Source: Candidatus Altimarinota bacterium
GTDB taxonomy: Bacteria; Patescibacteriota; Gracilibacteria; JBDHUY01
Length of the DNA stretch: 64,000 nt
Assembly (NCBI GenBank): GCA_039809385.1
Contig: JBDHUY010000002.1
Coordinates: 64,001 to 128,000 of the forward strand
Reading direction: 5' to 3'
The translations under genes and the position numbers were made by a program. This document shows, one piece after another, positions 1-9,059 of this stretch (its first letter is position 1; every line of letters begins with the position of its first letter). The notes under the pieces are model-generated. The model did not search any database. It was not told the origin of the DNA and was given only the letters and a program-made list of their open reading frames with translations.

Positions 1-402
1 TTTGAGGATTTGAAAACCCATGCCTTCGCCTTCTTTGATGACTCCCAGCAGCAGATGTTCTCCTTCCAAGTAGTGATGCCGGAAGGTGAGTTGTTCTTCC
101 TGGGCCAGATCGAATACCCGTTTGGTGCGAGGCGAAAGGTTTGGCTCCGTCTTGAGGATTTTTCCGGTATTAGTGAGATTGTATTTCAAATACTCTTTGA
201 TCCCTTCCAAATTTGTACCAAGACGTTCGAAGATTTTGGACAGAACTTCGTCTTTCAGATCAAGCAATCCGAGCAGAATATACTCGGTGCCGACGATATC
301 AGTGCCGCGCTTTTTTGCTTCGGATTTGGCATAGGCCAGGATCTTTTGGGTATGTTCGGAAAAGTTTTCCGGCAAAGCGGTATTTGTATTGGTTTCCGGC
401 AT
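1..402 (-). CDS. clpC: ATP-dependent Clp protease ATP-binding subunit ClpC/ClpB-like, N-terminal Clp_N domains (runs off window start)
   Basis: Not in the ORF track. Manual minus-strand translation from ATG at 402 gives MPETNTN...FSEHTQKILAYAKSEAKKRGTDIVGTEYILLGLL...LSPRTKRVFDLAQEEQLTFRHHYLEGEHLLLGVIKEGEGMGFQILK, i.e. two Clp_N repeats. Confidence 0.85.
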   Translation of the reverse strand, partial: MPETNTNTALPENFSEHTQKILAYAKSEAKKRGTDIVGTEYILLGLLDLKDEVLSKIFERLGTNLEGIKEYLKYNLTNTGKILKTEPNLSPRTKRVFDLAQEEQLTFRHHYLEGEHLLLGVIKEGEGMGFQILK

Positions 403-598
403 CGTTTTTGTTTTGAGAAAATAAGACTTCAAATAAGTATACTACAAACCTCTCCCAAAAGGAAGCATCTTCATGTAAATGATATGGCTGTTTTTTTATG
501 AATAACTCTCACAATTTATCATTCAATGATATTTCCTTATTGGTTAGGGTAAAATGACAATTTTTCAATTTCAAAACACATTATACAACTATTTTTAG

Positions 599-626
599 TT
601 GACATTTTTTATTTCACACCTATAAT
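599..626 (+). promoter_or_regulatory. sigma70-type promoter TTGACA-N16-TATAAT
   Basis: Exact -35 and -10 hexamers about 120 nt upstream of the ATG at 748. Confidence 0.7.
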
Positions 627-747
627 TTTTTCTCATCTTTAAAAGCATGCTCAAGCAAGATTGATGCAGACTTTTAAGATGGGCGATCTTTGACATCACA
701 TTACATGTAAATGAACCAGAACCCTACACTATACAGGAGAAAAAATC

Positions 748-1974
748 ATGTCCAACCTCAACCTGAATTTACACAACATACTAATCGGCTTCGAGACCTT
801 TATGAGCGAGGAAACGGATAGCGTTATCTTTCCTCAATCAAGAAGAATTCGAAACTCGAAAAACGAAATCGTTTTTCAGACAGCCCAGAGCATCGTTGGG
901 AAAATGTTTGAATATCTCTCAGTAACAGAAGATAAACATTTTCTCCTGAATGCTATCGGTAAAAGTGGGGTTATCATGCCACCGAAACTCATTGGTGCCA
1001 TACTCCAAGAAATTGTGTCTGCACTACGCTTACCCGTATTAATGGTAAAAACACCAAAGAGCAAAACGTCCGATATTAGCATTGAAGGCAACGTTACTGT
1101 GGTTGTCTCAGGAGACCATAGCTCTTACATCAAGCCCAAGATCAATAAATTCAAGAAAAGAAATAAACAGGGAGTCATCATCTTGGATCAAAGTATTGAG
1201 TATCTATCTGAAGAGATGGCAAGGTGGTTGAATGCATTTGATCAATATTGGATCTTTGCATTGAATTACCGAGATTTTACCAGAGCACTTGAGCTTTTCA
1301 GTGGGGATTGGACTCCAAACGATTTCTTCACTGGATTACCTCCAGCGCAAAAGCTGATCCAGAACAGATACTCTCAGTCCCTCTTCCTCTGTCCATTGAG
1401 AGAAATAATAATTCAGGAAGAATGGAAAAACGCTCGCCAGATTCAGGAGCCTTGGGATGTGGTCTGTCTCTGCATGCAAAGATTGGAGCTTCCGTTAATT
1501 AACACGGAGACAAAAGTTGGTATAAACAGACAGGGACAAAACTTTCGTCTTACTCCCTACTGTTCGCCAATTGCCCAAGGATGGTTAGAAGAAGAAATCC
1601 AAAAATTCCAAGAAGAATTTCGCCAATGGAAATCACTCAAAGATTGTATGGAAAAATACAACGTGAGTAAAATGACCATTGATATGCTGATAATAAAGCA
1701 TCGCAAAAAAGAGTTCGATCTAATCAGTATCAATGATCAGTGGTTCCTGTCTCCAGAAATTCACTCTCTAATCGAAGAAGAGGTCTTCAATAACTGTTTG
1801 TTGCTAAATGAATCAGGTTGGATTCCATATCATACGAGATTCAACGATACGTTCTGGGAGACCGACCTAGAAGAGTACGTCAGAGAGACTCCCCAGAACA
1901 TTCGAGTTGGAAAGGCAACATCTCAACAATACAGCTACATACTGTATATCAAAGAAGAAAACATGGTAATGTGA
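748..1974 (+). CDS. hypothetical protein, 408 aa (possible degenerate P-loop domain plus C-terminal HTH)
   Basis: Long ORF with an AGGAG ribosome-binding site, a promoter upstream and a hairpin downstream. No intact family motif. Confidence 0.7.
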   Translation: MSNLNLNLHNILIGFETFMSEETDSVIFPQSRRIRNSKNEIVFQTAQSIVGKMFEYLSVTEDKHFLLNAIGKSGVIMPPKLIGAILQEIVSALRLPVLMVKTPKSKTSDISIEGNVTVVVSGDHSSYIKPKINKFKKRNKQGVIILDQSIEYLSEEMARWLNAFDQYWIFALNYRDFTRALELFSGDWTPNDFFTGLPPAQKLIQNRYSQSLFLCPLREIIIQEEWKNARQIQEPWDVVCLCMQRLELPLINTETKVGINRQGQNFRLTPYCSPIAQGWLEEEIQKFQEEFRQWKSLKDCMEKYNVSKMTIDMLIIKHRKKEFDLISINDQWFLSPEIHSLIEEEVFNNCLLLNESGWIPYHTRFNDTFWETDLEEYVRETPQNIRVGKATSQQYSYILYIKEENMVM

Positions 1975-1991
1975 GTCAACGGTATTAACGA

Positions 1992-2027
1992 AGAGGTGTA
2001 GCTGCAAGTTAGCTATACCTCTCTTTT
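1992..2027 (+). terminator. intrinsic terminator-like hairpin
   Basis: AGAGGTGTAGCT-gcaagtt-AGCTATACCTCT followed by CTTTT, just after the stop at 1974. Confidence 0.5.
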
Positions 2028-2208
2028 CATACGCATAAAAGTTATCAATATGCTCTTTTCTGATTCCAGGCTGCACCTGTAATATCAATGTTTTCAGCAT
2101 AAACATAAGATATCAATGTTCCACATGCAGCCTGGAACAAGATAGGTATATTAACTTTCCACCTGAAAACTGTAACGAGATACTAAATTACCTCTTCCCC
2201 CGGGTTTC

Positions 2209-2892
2209 TTATTTCTTACACGAGGCAATAAATCCCTCGAACAGCCTTTTTGAAAGCGGCATATCGAAGATACACTCCGGGTGCCACTGCACACCCAGGA
2301 AAAAATGGTCCGATGACTCGATCGGCTCAATCATTTCTACGATACCATCGAGGGCCTGCGCAGTCGCGTGGAGCCCTGTGCCGAGTTTGTCGACCGCCTG
2401 ATGGTGAATACTGTTTACTCGATAGACTCCACCCTCCACATAGAAACTGCGCTCTACCGTAATTTCATGAGCGGGCTCGTTTTGGTGAGGATAATCGGCA
2501 TGATTGATAGCAGTCTGGATATGCTGAATGAGCGTTCCGCCCAGAGCAACATTCATGATCTGCATTCCGCGGCAAATCCCGAAAAAAGGTTTTTTGGTCT
2601 CGAGGCATTTATGTACATACTCGATCTCCAATCGATCTTTGGTAGTGTTGGTATCTTTTGAAGCGGTGTTTTCCTGGCCATAGAGGCTCGGATCGATATC
2701 ACTCACTCCGCCGATCAGCAGCACCCCGTCGAGCAGATCGAAATAGTCCGATATCTCAGTGTTGGGTAAAATGATCGGTACTCCACCCGCCGCGGCCACC
2801 GCATCGGTATAGCTGGTGGCAACTTTATCTATAATATCTAAACCTTCCTGATTTTGAGCTGCCAGTAGCCCAATATATGGTTCGTTTCTCAT
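2209..2892 (-). CDS. gamma-glutamyl-gamma-aminobutyrate hydrolase family / peptidase C26 (class I glutamine amidotransferase-like)
   Basis: Motifs DGVLLIGG.SDIDPSLYG, GICRGMQ, VNSIHHQAV, GVQWHPE. Start reassigned to MRNEPYIG at 2892. Confidence 0.9.
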   Translation of the reverse strand: MRNEPYIGLLAAQNQEGLDIIDKVATSYTDAVAAAGGVPIILPNTEISDYFDLLDGVLLIGGVSDIDPSLYGQENTASKDTNTTKDRLEIEYVHKCLETKKPFFGICRGMQIMNVALGGTLIQHIQTAINHADYPHQNEPAHEITVERSFYVEGGVYRVNSIHHQAVDKLGTGLHATAQALDGIVEMIEPIESSDHFFLGVQWHPECIFDMPLSKRLFEGFIASCKK

Positions 2893-2926
2893 AGTTATTG
2901 GATAAAAGAGATATGCTCTGCTTATG

Positions 2927-4735
2927 TTATATATAAGCCGTAATGTTACGTTTAATAAGCATGGTTGTATCTCCTGGATCAAGAGTGATGGTGAACTGAG
3001 TATTATTCCCCAAGCAAACAAGTTTCCACTTTTTTTTGACCCGTTTCTCGACTAAACGATTAAATGGAATGATCACTTTTCCGATCATTTCATTTTTATT
3101 TAAGGTATAACTACTTGCTGGCAATGTACTATTGTCCACTGTTAAATGTGGTACTTCAAATAATTTCATCAATAATGTCATAGTAAAACGCTGTGAATGT
3201 AATTCTTTACTCGTTACCGCAGTTCCAGCTATGAAGATTCTCTCTTGTTGAAAATCCAAAATGATATCAGGTAGTGCCTGTGTTTGAATTGTCCCTGATG
3301 GACCGTAGAAACTACTGATAGTTCCTTTTTCTTTTAAATAAAGCGATATGATTTTATTTTTGAGGTCTTGGTCAATTGTTACTCCTCCTGATTCGAAGCC
3401 ATCTTTCCAACTGGTATATTCTACGCAACTTTGAGAGTATTCTGCTTGCAAATTACCTAGCCGTTTTCTCAGCATATTCCCTGCGATTTCTTTTTTACAA
3501 ATAAATCCCATACATCCGCCTAAAGATATGTCATCAAGCGTGAATACAGCATAATCTTCATACTTGCATATAGATCCGAAACTATTTTTCAATGCTTCGA
3601 CCATCCTCATCATATAGGGCGTCATGGGATTTGCTAAAAAAGTTCCCAAAAGCCTTTGTTTCATGAGTTCGATAAATTGTTGAGTTTCTTTTTCATCATA
3701 ATTATTGAGAAATATGCGATAAAGCTGAATCATTGTTTGCATAGACAAAATATTCTGCGTATCCATAAAACGCTCAAACATGGACTCTTTCGAATCAATA
3801 AATCTTGTATAAAAAGCTGGAAGTCTTTTTACGTTTTTCAGGCGCTTGCCGAATTTACTTCGTAAAATAGTTCTGATTTCTTCGGTAGCGCCGTCATACT
3901 CATGAACTTTCTGTAGTTCCTGTTCTGTAATCACCGGTTTTCCAGAAAATAGAACGCCGAACTCTATTGGCCAGGTAGGCTTGTCCGGTAGATTTGGGAA
4001 GAGATCTTTGAGATCGAATCCCCAAAAATCAATTGCCGGGATATTGGAAAAGTTAAGTGTGCCCGATTTTTTATATTCTAGTGATTCTACCGACTCCGCA
4101 CAGAATGTTACGATAGGATATGACGATGAGACCATTGCCGAAAAAGGGACGACTCCCCACGAATTACCATGTTTAATAATATAATCGATCTGCCGTGATA
4201 ATTTGAAAGTTTCAAGGAAGGCTGATTGCCTCGATTGATAGAGTATCTCGGGAGAATAGAGTTTCCAGTTTTGTGTTTCCTCTGGGCTAATTTGCCCGAA
4301 ATGTAGGTTGCATATGAGACTAAGACATGCAGCAAAGCAACCACGTTGATTCATGCAGTGAGGAAAAGGGACTTCGGTCAGACAATGGATTTTACATCCT
4401 CGTTTTTGCCCCAGTTGATCCCGGTACTTTGTTTCCAGAAAGCACTTCAGGGTATCGAGCTGTCGGATTTCATCTTGTATATTTCCTTCGAAAAACGTTT
4501 CTTGATCGGAAAAGAAACTGATAAGCTTACAAAATTCTATATGAGTATCGTTAGATGGTTCAATGCCCAGATAAATTCTCAATGGAACCTTTTGCTTTAT
4601 GACAATACCTCGAAATCGAAAACTATTAGCCGTCATCCAATCAAACATGAGTGGGGTTGAAACAACCAGACTGCATCTCTCAAAAAAAGAACGGTATGTG
4701 TCAGGGAATGAGCTTTGAAGCTGCGGTGAATTCAT
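2927..4735 (-). CDS. GHMP-kinase-like protein (degenerate motifs) with possible C-terminal winged-helix domain
   Basis: VVSTP...IKQKVPLRIYLGIE resembles GHMP motif I. TEVPFPHCMNQRGCFAACL sits where the PxxxGLGSS motif II is expected. The C-terminal ILDFQQERIFIAG... segment resembles an OmpR-type wHTH. Confidence 0.55.
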   Translation of the reverse strand: MNSPQLQSSFPDTYRSFFERCSLVVSTPLMFDWMTANSFRFRGIVIKQKVPLRIYLGIEPSNDTHIEFCKLISFFSDQETFFEGNIQDEIRQLDTLKCFLETKYRDQLGQKRGCKIHCLTEVPFPHCMNQRGCFAACLSLICNLHFGQISPEETQNWKLYSPEILYQSRQSAFLETFKLSRQIDYIIKHGNSWGVVPFSAMVSSSYPIVTFCAESVESLEYKKSGTLNFSNIPAIDFWGFDLKDLFPNLPDKPTWPIEFGVLFSGKPVITEQELQKVHEYDGATEEIRTILRSKFGKRLKNVKRLPAFYTRFIDSKESMFERFMDTQNILSMQTMIQLYRIFLNNYDEKETQQFIELMKQRLLGTFLANPMTPYMMRMVEALKNSFGSICKYEDYAVFTLDDISLGGCMGFICKKEIAGNMLRKRLGNLQAEYSQSCVEYTSWKDGFESGGVTIDQDLKNKIISLYLKEKGTISSFYGPSGTIQTQALPDIILDFQQERIFIAGTAVTSKELHSQRFTMTLLMKLFEVPHLTVDNSTLPASSYTLNKNEMIGKVIIPFNRLVEKRVKKKWKLVCLGNNTQFTITLDPGDTTMLIKRNITAYI

Positions 4736-4768
4736 AAATATCCAAAAAATTTTTCACAACTTGCCAAA

Positions 4769-5773
4769 TTATAACACAGCTTTCGGAGAAATCTCCTCAA
4801 TTTTGTCCCTGGTAAACACCATGTCGTTTCTAGACAGATTCTTGGCAACACCACTCATAGTTAAGTGATCCCTCAGGTCACGTCGTACGGTGATCTGCCC
4901 TCCAATCGTAAGGATATTGACTTGTTTATAATGGTGAAATTCTTTTTGTCGAAAAATTGTTGCCGCCGTCATGGTACTGCCGGTTCCGCAAGAGGCGGTA
5001 ACATAGTAGATGCCTCGTTCGAAGGTGCAGAGATTGATATCCACGCATTTGTTTGCAGAATCAATGTTGCTGATGGCATACAGATTTAGGTTTACTTCCC
5101 GGGGAAAGAGCAATCGTTCTCGTATGAGCCTGGCTCCTAGGCTGCCGGCAAGGAATTGTAATCGTTCCAAAGATGTTCCGGCACTGATCGCTTGAACCAG
5201 ATGAGGTTCGCCGTCTTTCTCTACGATATCCGGGTTGCAAGTGAATCCCAGAGTCCATCGCCCCAATTCTGCATATCCGGTCAAAAGAATGTCTGTCAGG
5301 GTTGAAGAGCTTTGGGCAAATAACTCTTCTGAAATATATCTGCGTAAATCTTCTTTACGGAATGTGGCCTTGCCCATATGAATCGAAAAATATCCCGGTC
5401 TTTCTTTTTTCAAGGCAAGCAGACCCGAACGGGTGTGTATTTCCAATGTATTGTCGCGAGAAAAAAGCTGAAAATGCTCGTCGAGAAACTGTCCTATGGC
5501 CCGTATCCCATTCCCGCACATAGTCGACCAGGTTCCCGTTTGTCCGTCCGGCGAGACTCCGCGCGGCTCGAATACGTCCATATGAATATTTTTTGAGCTT
5601 GGGTGGCCCGATAAAACTAACATGGAGTCGACCAGGTCTTTCCCGGGCAGTTGTAACAAAAAAAGTGATACTATTTGATAGTCTATCGGTTGGCGATTTT
5701 GATAAAGATCAAGCTCCCATAAAGGAACAATCATAAATCTATTGCCGGTCGCTTCGTAAAAGTAGCTGTTCAT
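4769..5773 (-). CDS. dapF: diaminopimelate epimerase family protein (PLP-independent epimerase/racemase)
   Basis: Motifs YEATGNRFMI, MCGNGIR, GEPHLV, EVNLN, ERG...SCGTGS. Both catalytic Cys are present; substrate unproven. Confidence 0.8.
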   Translation of the reverse strand: MNSYFYEATGNRFMIVPLWELDLYQNRQPIDYQIVSLFLLQLPGKDLVDSMLVLSGHPSSKNIHMDVFEPRGVSPDGQTGTWSTMCGNGIRAIGQFLDEHFQLFSRDNTLEIHTRSGLLALKKERPGYFSIHMGKATFRKEDLRRYISEELFAQSSSTLTDILLTGYAELGRWTLGFTCNPDIVEKDGEPHLVQAISAGTSLERLQFLAGSLGARLIRERLLFPREVNLNLYAISNIDSANKCVDINLCTFERGIYYVTASCGTGSTMTAATIFRQKEFHHYKQVNILTIGGQITVRRDLRDHLTMSGVAKNLSRNDMVFTRDKIEEISPKAVL

Positions 5774-5805
5774 AGTTGTATTGGGAATAAAAAATAAAGG
5801 TAGTT

Positions 5806-6936
5806 TTATGCAGAGAATACGTCTCTATATTTTCCGTTTTCTTCCAGCAACACCGCTTTTACGATCGAGCATTTTTCTGAGTCGAAAAAGATATTTAAAA
5901 TTCTGAACGGTAAGCGGTAAGTCTGAAATTGTTCTGTGAGTTTTTTCAAGGCTTCAGCCAACCCTTTGAAGCGTCCTTGTGCATTTTCTTGTTGAATAAA
6001 ATAATGGAATGCTTGCCTGATGTTTTGACAGAGCTGGGCAGGAGCGGTTTCCTGATTTATTTTTTCCAAGGCAACTTTTTTTGCATTGTTTATTTTTGCC
6101 CTAAGTGATTGCTGCGTTGTGATCAATGTTTCCTGCGGTTTATTTTCTTGTACAAGTTGGGGCAAAATGATCTCGTTTATAAGATCGGTTGAGAATCTCG
6201 CCGCATTTTCAACATGGTTGACCCGCAGCGCCGTAAGCATGACTTGCTGGGTATTCTGTTGTTCCTGAATGAACTCGCTGGGGTGAACGATTACATGAGT
6301 ACCGCTTCCTTTGGAAAGCTGAAATACGCTGTCCAATAACGGGCAGTTGAGCATTCCCGAAGCTTTGCGTAAAAGCGGTTGTTTTCCGCCCCGCAAAACC
6401 AGCTCGCCATTTTCTTTTTGGCGAATCAGACCGCTTTGCTCAAATAATTGCAGCAGGTATCTTCCTCCTTGCAGCATATCCGATTCATTGCGAGTCCGGT
6501 CAAAAGGGAAGGGCATTTGCGATTGAAATTCATGGAACGGTATCCTCTGTTCACTGACGGTGTATTCGTCGTATAGTCCGTGATGCTCAATCTTTGTGCC
6601 TCCTTGTATGAGCATGTTATAGATGCGTAGCAATATGGAATGAATGCCAATTTCATGATCAATATCCCAGTCCCGGTCGGCATATAAAGGTGTTCCTTCC
6701 AGTGTTATTTTCTGTTCTTTGAGCTCGCCGAGATAGCTATGGATTTGCTCCAGGGCTTGTTCATTAGCGGGATTGGCGAGAAATGCCGATTCAACCCTGT
6801 CCCGCAATTCCTGGTTCAAGGATAAAAGATTACTAATAGCTGCACCTACTGATTCTCCTAGGTCTGTGGTGAGAACTGAGGCTGCTTCAGTATGAGTTGT
6901 AAGAGTACGTTCGATTGGTTCGATTGCAGTTTCCAT
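5806..6936 (-). CDS. hypothetical protein, possibly HUP/class I aaRS-like fold
   Basis: Long ORF co-oriented with the dapF-like gene. Motifs LEGTPLYAD, GLYDEY, ESDM, CPLLDSVFQL. Confidence 0.65.
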   Translation of the reverse strand: METAIEPIERTLTTHTEAASVLTTDLGESVGAAISNLLSLNQELRDRVESAFLANPANEQALEQIHSYLGELKEQKITLEGTPLYADRDWDIDHEIGIHSILLRIYNMLIQGGTKIEHHGLYDEYTVSEQRIPFHEFQSQMPFPFDRTRNESDMLQGGRYLLQLFEQSGLIRQKENGELVLRGGKQPLLRKASGMLNCPLLDSVFQLSKGSGTHVIVHPSEFIQEQQNTQQVMLTALRVNHVENAARFSTDLINEIILPQLVQENKPQETLITTQQSLRAKINNAKKVALEKINQETAPAQLCQNIRQAFHYFIQQENAQGRFKGLAEALKKLTEQFQTYRLPFRILNIFFDSEKCSIVKAVLLEENGKYRDVFSA

Positions 6937-7050
6937 GATCAAATAATCAAATAAAAAATAAGGCGTTCCCGTAATAGTCTTTTTCCAATTCGCTGTACAT
7001 TTTTGATAAAGCTTTATATATTTATATCGATATATGTTACATTTATAACA

Positions 7051-7722
7051 ATGTTAAAAATATCTGCCGAAGTAGCGGAGGTCGTGCGGAACAATACTTT
7101 TCTGGAATACGGGTTGCATCACAAACTGCTTAATTTGTCCCAGGTAGCCAGCTTTATCCGACCGTTGGTCGAAGCGCGCGTCAAAAAAGAGGTCAGCAAC
7201 AGCGCGGTACTCATGAGTCTATCTCGTTTGCAACAACTTTTTCAAAAGCAGCAACCGCAGAACGAAGGCTTTTATGTCGATCATATCACGATCCGCGGCA
7301 ATCTCTGTTCGTTTGCCTACGAACGTACTAAAAAGGTCCACCGCACCATCGACCGGGTCTATAACCAGATCCAGCAGCGCGGAGGCTCGATGGTCGTGAA
7401 CGAAGGAATGAGCACGATCAATATTATCGTAGATGCCGATTCGGTCCCCGTTGTCGCAGAAGGAATTCCCGAAAAGCCCAAAAACGTCAAAACGAACCTG
7501 GCCTCTTTGGGAGTACAGTTCGATGAAAAATTCGAGTACTTGCCCGGGTGCTTGGACGGTCTGATGCAGCAAATGAGTTTGCAGCATATCGATGTCTGCG
7601 AGATTTCGTCGACGTATACCGAGTTTGTTTTCTATCTGAACGAAAAAGATATCCCGCTGGCTTTCGATACGATCAGTGGTAGATTTTTGAAGAAACAAGC
7701 CTTTGCCCAAGCAGTAACGTGA
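7051..7722 (+). CDS. ACT-domain / aspartokinase-regulatory-like protein with N-terminal HTH
   Basis: N-terminus ISAEVAEVVRNNTFLEYGL..KLLNLSQVA.FIRP.VE...VSNSAVLMSLSR and C-terminal ACT-like PGCL...IDVCEISSTYTEFVFYL match an archaeal/CPR ACT family. Confidence 0.75.
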   Translation: MLKISAEVAEVVRNNTFLEYGLHHKLLNLSQVASFIRPLVEARVKKEVSNSAVLMSLSRLQQLFQKQQPQNEGFYVDHITIRGNLCSFAYERTKKVHRTIDRVYNQIQQRGGSMVVNEGMSTINIIVDADSVPVVAEGIPEKPKNVKTNLASLGVQFDEKFEYLPGCLDGLMQQMSLQHIDVCEISSTYTEFVFYLNEKDIPLAFDTISGRFLKKQAFAQAVT

Positions 7723-7795
7723 GGCCAATAACCACATTCTTATTTCTCCCGTAGAATGAAAAACCGTTTATTCTGGTCTGTTTTTAGCAAAAATA

Positions 7796-7824
7796 TTGAC
7801 TTTCATGGCTGATTTTCATAGAAT
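7796..7824 (+). promoter_or_regulatory. sigma70 promoter of rpsL (TTGACT-N17-TAGAAT)
   Basis: Near-consensus hexamers with a 17-nt spacer, about 40 nt upstream of rpsL. Confidence 0.65.
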
Positions 7825-7863
7825 AAGACCCGTATTTTTACTGTTTTATTTTCCATTTTTCCA

Positions 7864-8283
7864 GTGCCAACGATCAACCAACTCATCAAGAAACCCCGTA
7901 AGTCCTTAGGCCGTAAAAGTAAATCGCCGGCTCTCCAGACTACTTTTAACAGCCTGAAAAACCGGGTCGTACAATTGCGTAAAGGCAACCCGTTTAAACG
8001 CGGTGTGTGTACTCAGGTGCGTACCATGACTCCCAAAAAACCGAACTCGGCTTTGCGTAAGATCGCCAAAGTACGTCTGACCAACCAGATGGAAGTCAAC
8101 GCGTACATTCCCGGCATCGGTCATAACTTGCAGGAGCACTCGGTGGTCGTTATTCGCGGCGGACGCGTCAAGGATCTTCCGGGTATTCGTTATCATATTG
8201 TGCGCGGTATGCTCGACTGCCAGGGCGTCGCCAACCGCAAACAGGGCCGCAGCCGTTATGGCGCGAAAGTAGGAAAGAAGTAA
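7864..8283 (+). CDS. rpsL: 30S ribosomal protein S12
   Basis: [27 protein letters not shown]; GTG start. Confidence 0.99.
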   Translation: MPTINQLIKKPRKSLGRKSKSPALQTTFNSLKNRVVQLRKGNPFKRGVCTQVRTMTPKKPNSALRKIAKVRLTNQMEVNAYIPGIGHNLQEHSVVVIRGGRVKDLPGIRYHIVRGMLDCQGVANRKQGRSRYGAKVGKK

Positions 8284-8395
8284 AATGGCTGTCAGCAACC
8301 AGCTATCAGCAGTCAGAAGTTCACAATGAGCAATTATAAATGTTTGTCCCCATACTTCATACATAATACTTTATACTTAATACTTGTTTCCCCTC

Positions 8396-8848
8396 ATGGC
8401 TAAGAAAGCATCCATTATCCCGAGCTACAGCACTCCGCTACAGGAAAAATTCATCCGCTATATCATGCGCGAAGGCAAGATGGTCGTAGCACGCCGTATT
8501 TTTGAAGAAGCACTTCAGATCATTGCCGAAAAAGGAAAAAAAGATGCCTATCACGTCTTTGAAAAAGCTATTGAAAATGCCAGTCCGCTCATCGAAGTAC
8601 GACCCAAGCGCGTCGGAGGAGCCGTCTATCAGGTACCGGTCGAGGTACCGGCGGATAGGCAGCTGTTTATGGCTTGCCGCTGGTTGTTGTCAGGAGCCCG
8701 GAACGGCAAAGGTCAGGATATGGCTCATAAACTGGCGAACGAGATCTTACAGGCTTCGGAAGGAGCAGGAAATGCGGTAAAAAAACGCGACGACGTACAC
8801 AAGATGGCCGAAGCCAATCGTGCTTTCGCTTTCATGGCCCGGTACTAG
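8396..8848 (+). CDS. rpsG: 30S ribosomal protein S7
   Basis: EVRPKRVGGAVYQVPVEV and HKMAEANRAFA. ATG at 8396 preferred as start. Confidence 0.98.
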   Translation: MAKKASIIPSYSTPLQEKFIRYIMREGKMVVARRIFEEALQIIAEKGKKDAYHVFEKAIENASPLIEVRPKRVGGAVYQVPVEVPADRQLFMACRWLLSGARNGKGQDMAHKLANEILQASEGAGNAVKKRDDVHKMAEANRAFAFMARY

Positions 8849-8871
8849 GAAATCTTTTTTTCTTATGTAAA

Positions 8872-8907
8872 AAAAAGAGATATTGGTCAAGACCAGTATC
8901 TCTTTTT
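8872..8907 (+). terminator. intrinsic terminator after rpsG
   Basis: AAAAAGAGATATTGGTC-aa-GACCAGTATCTCTTTTT inverted repeat. Confidence 0.7.
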
Positions 8908-9059
8908 GTATATTCGCTTTGCGGTAGGGTATAATTTTTGTTTTGAATGTGCGAAATACCGTGCTACTGGGATGGGAGATCCCACCAACGCTAACCAGTA
9001 ACGTCTTTGCAAGACAGAAAAGATTGCCACGGTATACCCCGAATTGATATTAGTCGGCT

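Noticed and set aside
10-501. Plus-strand 163-aa ORF
   Set aside because: It is the antisense shadow of the ClpC N-terminal CDS on the minus strand.
2064-2137. Retron msr/msd
   Set aside because: No reverse transcriptase is nearby.
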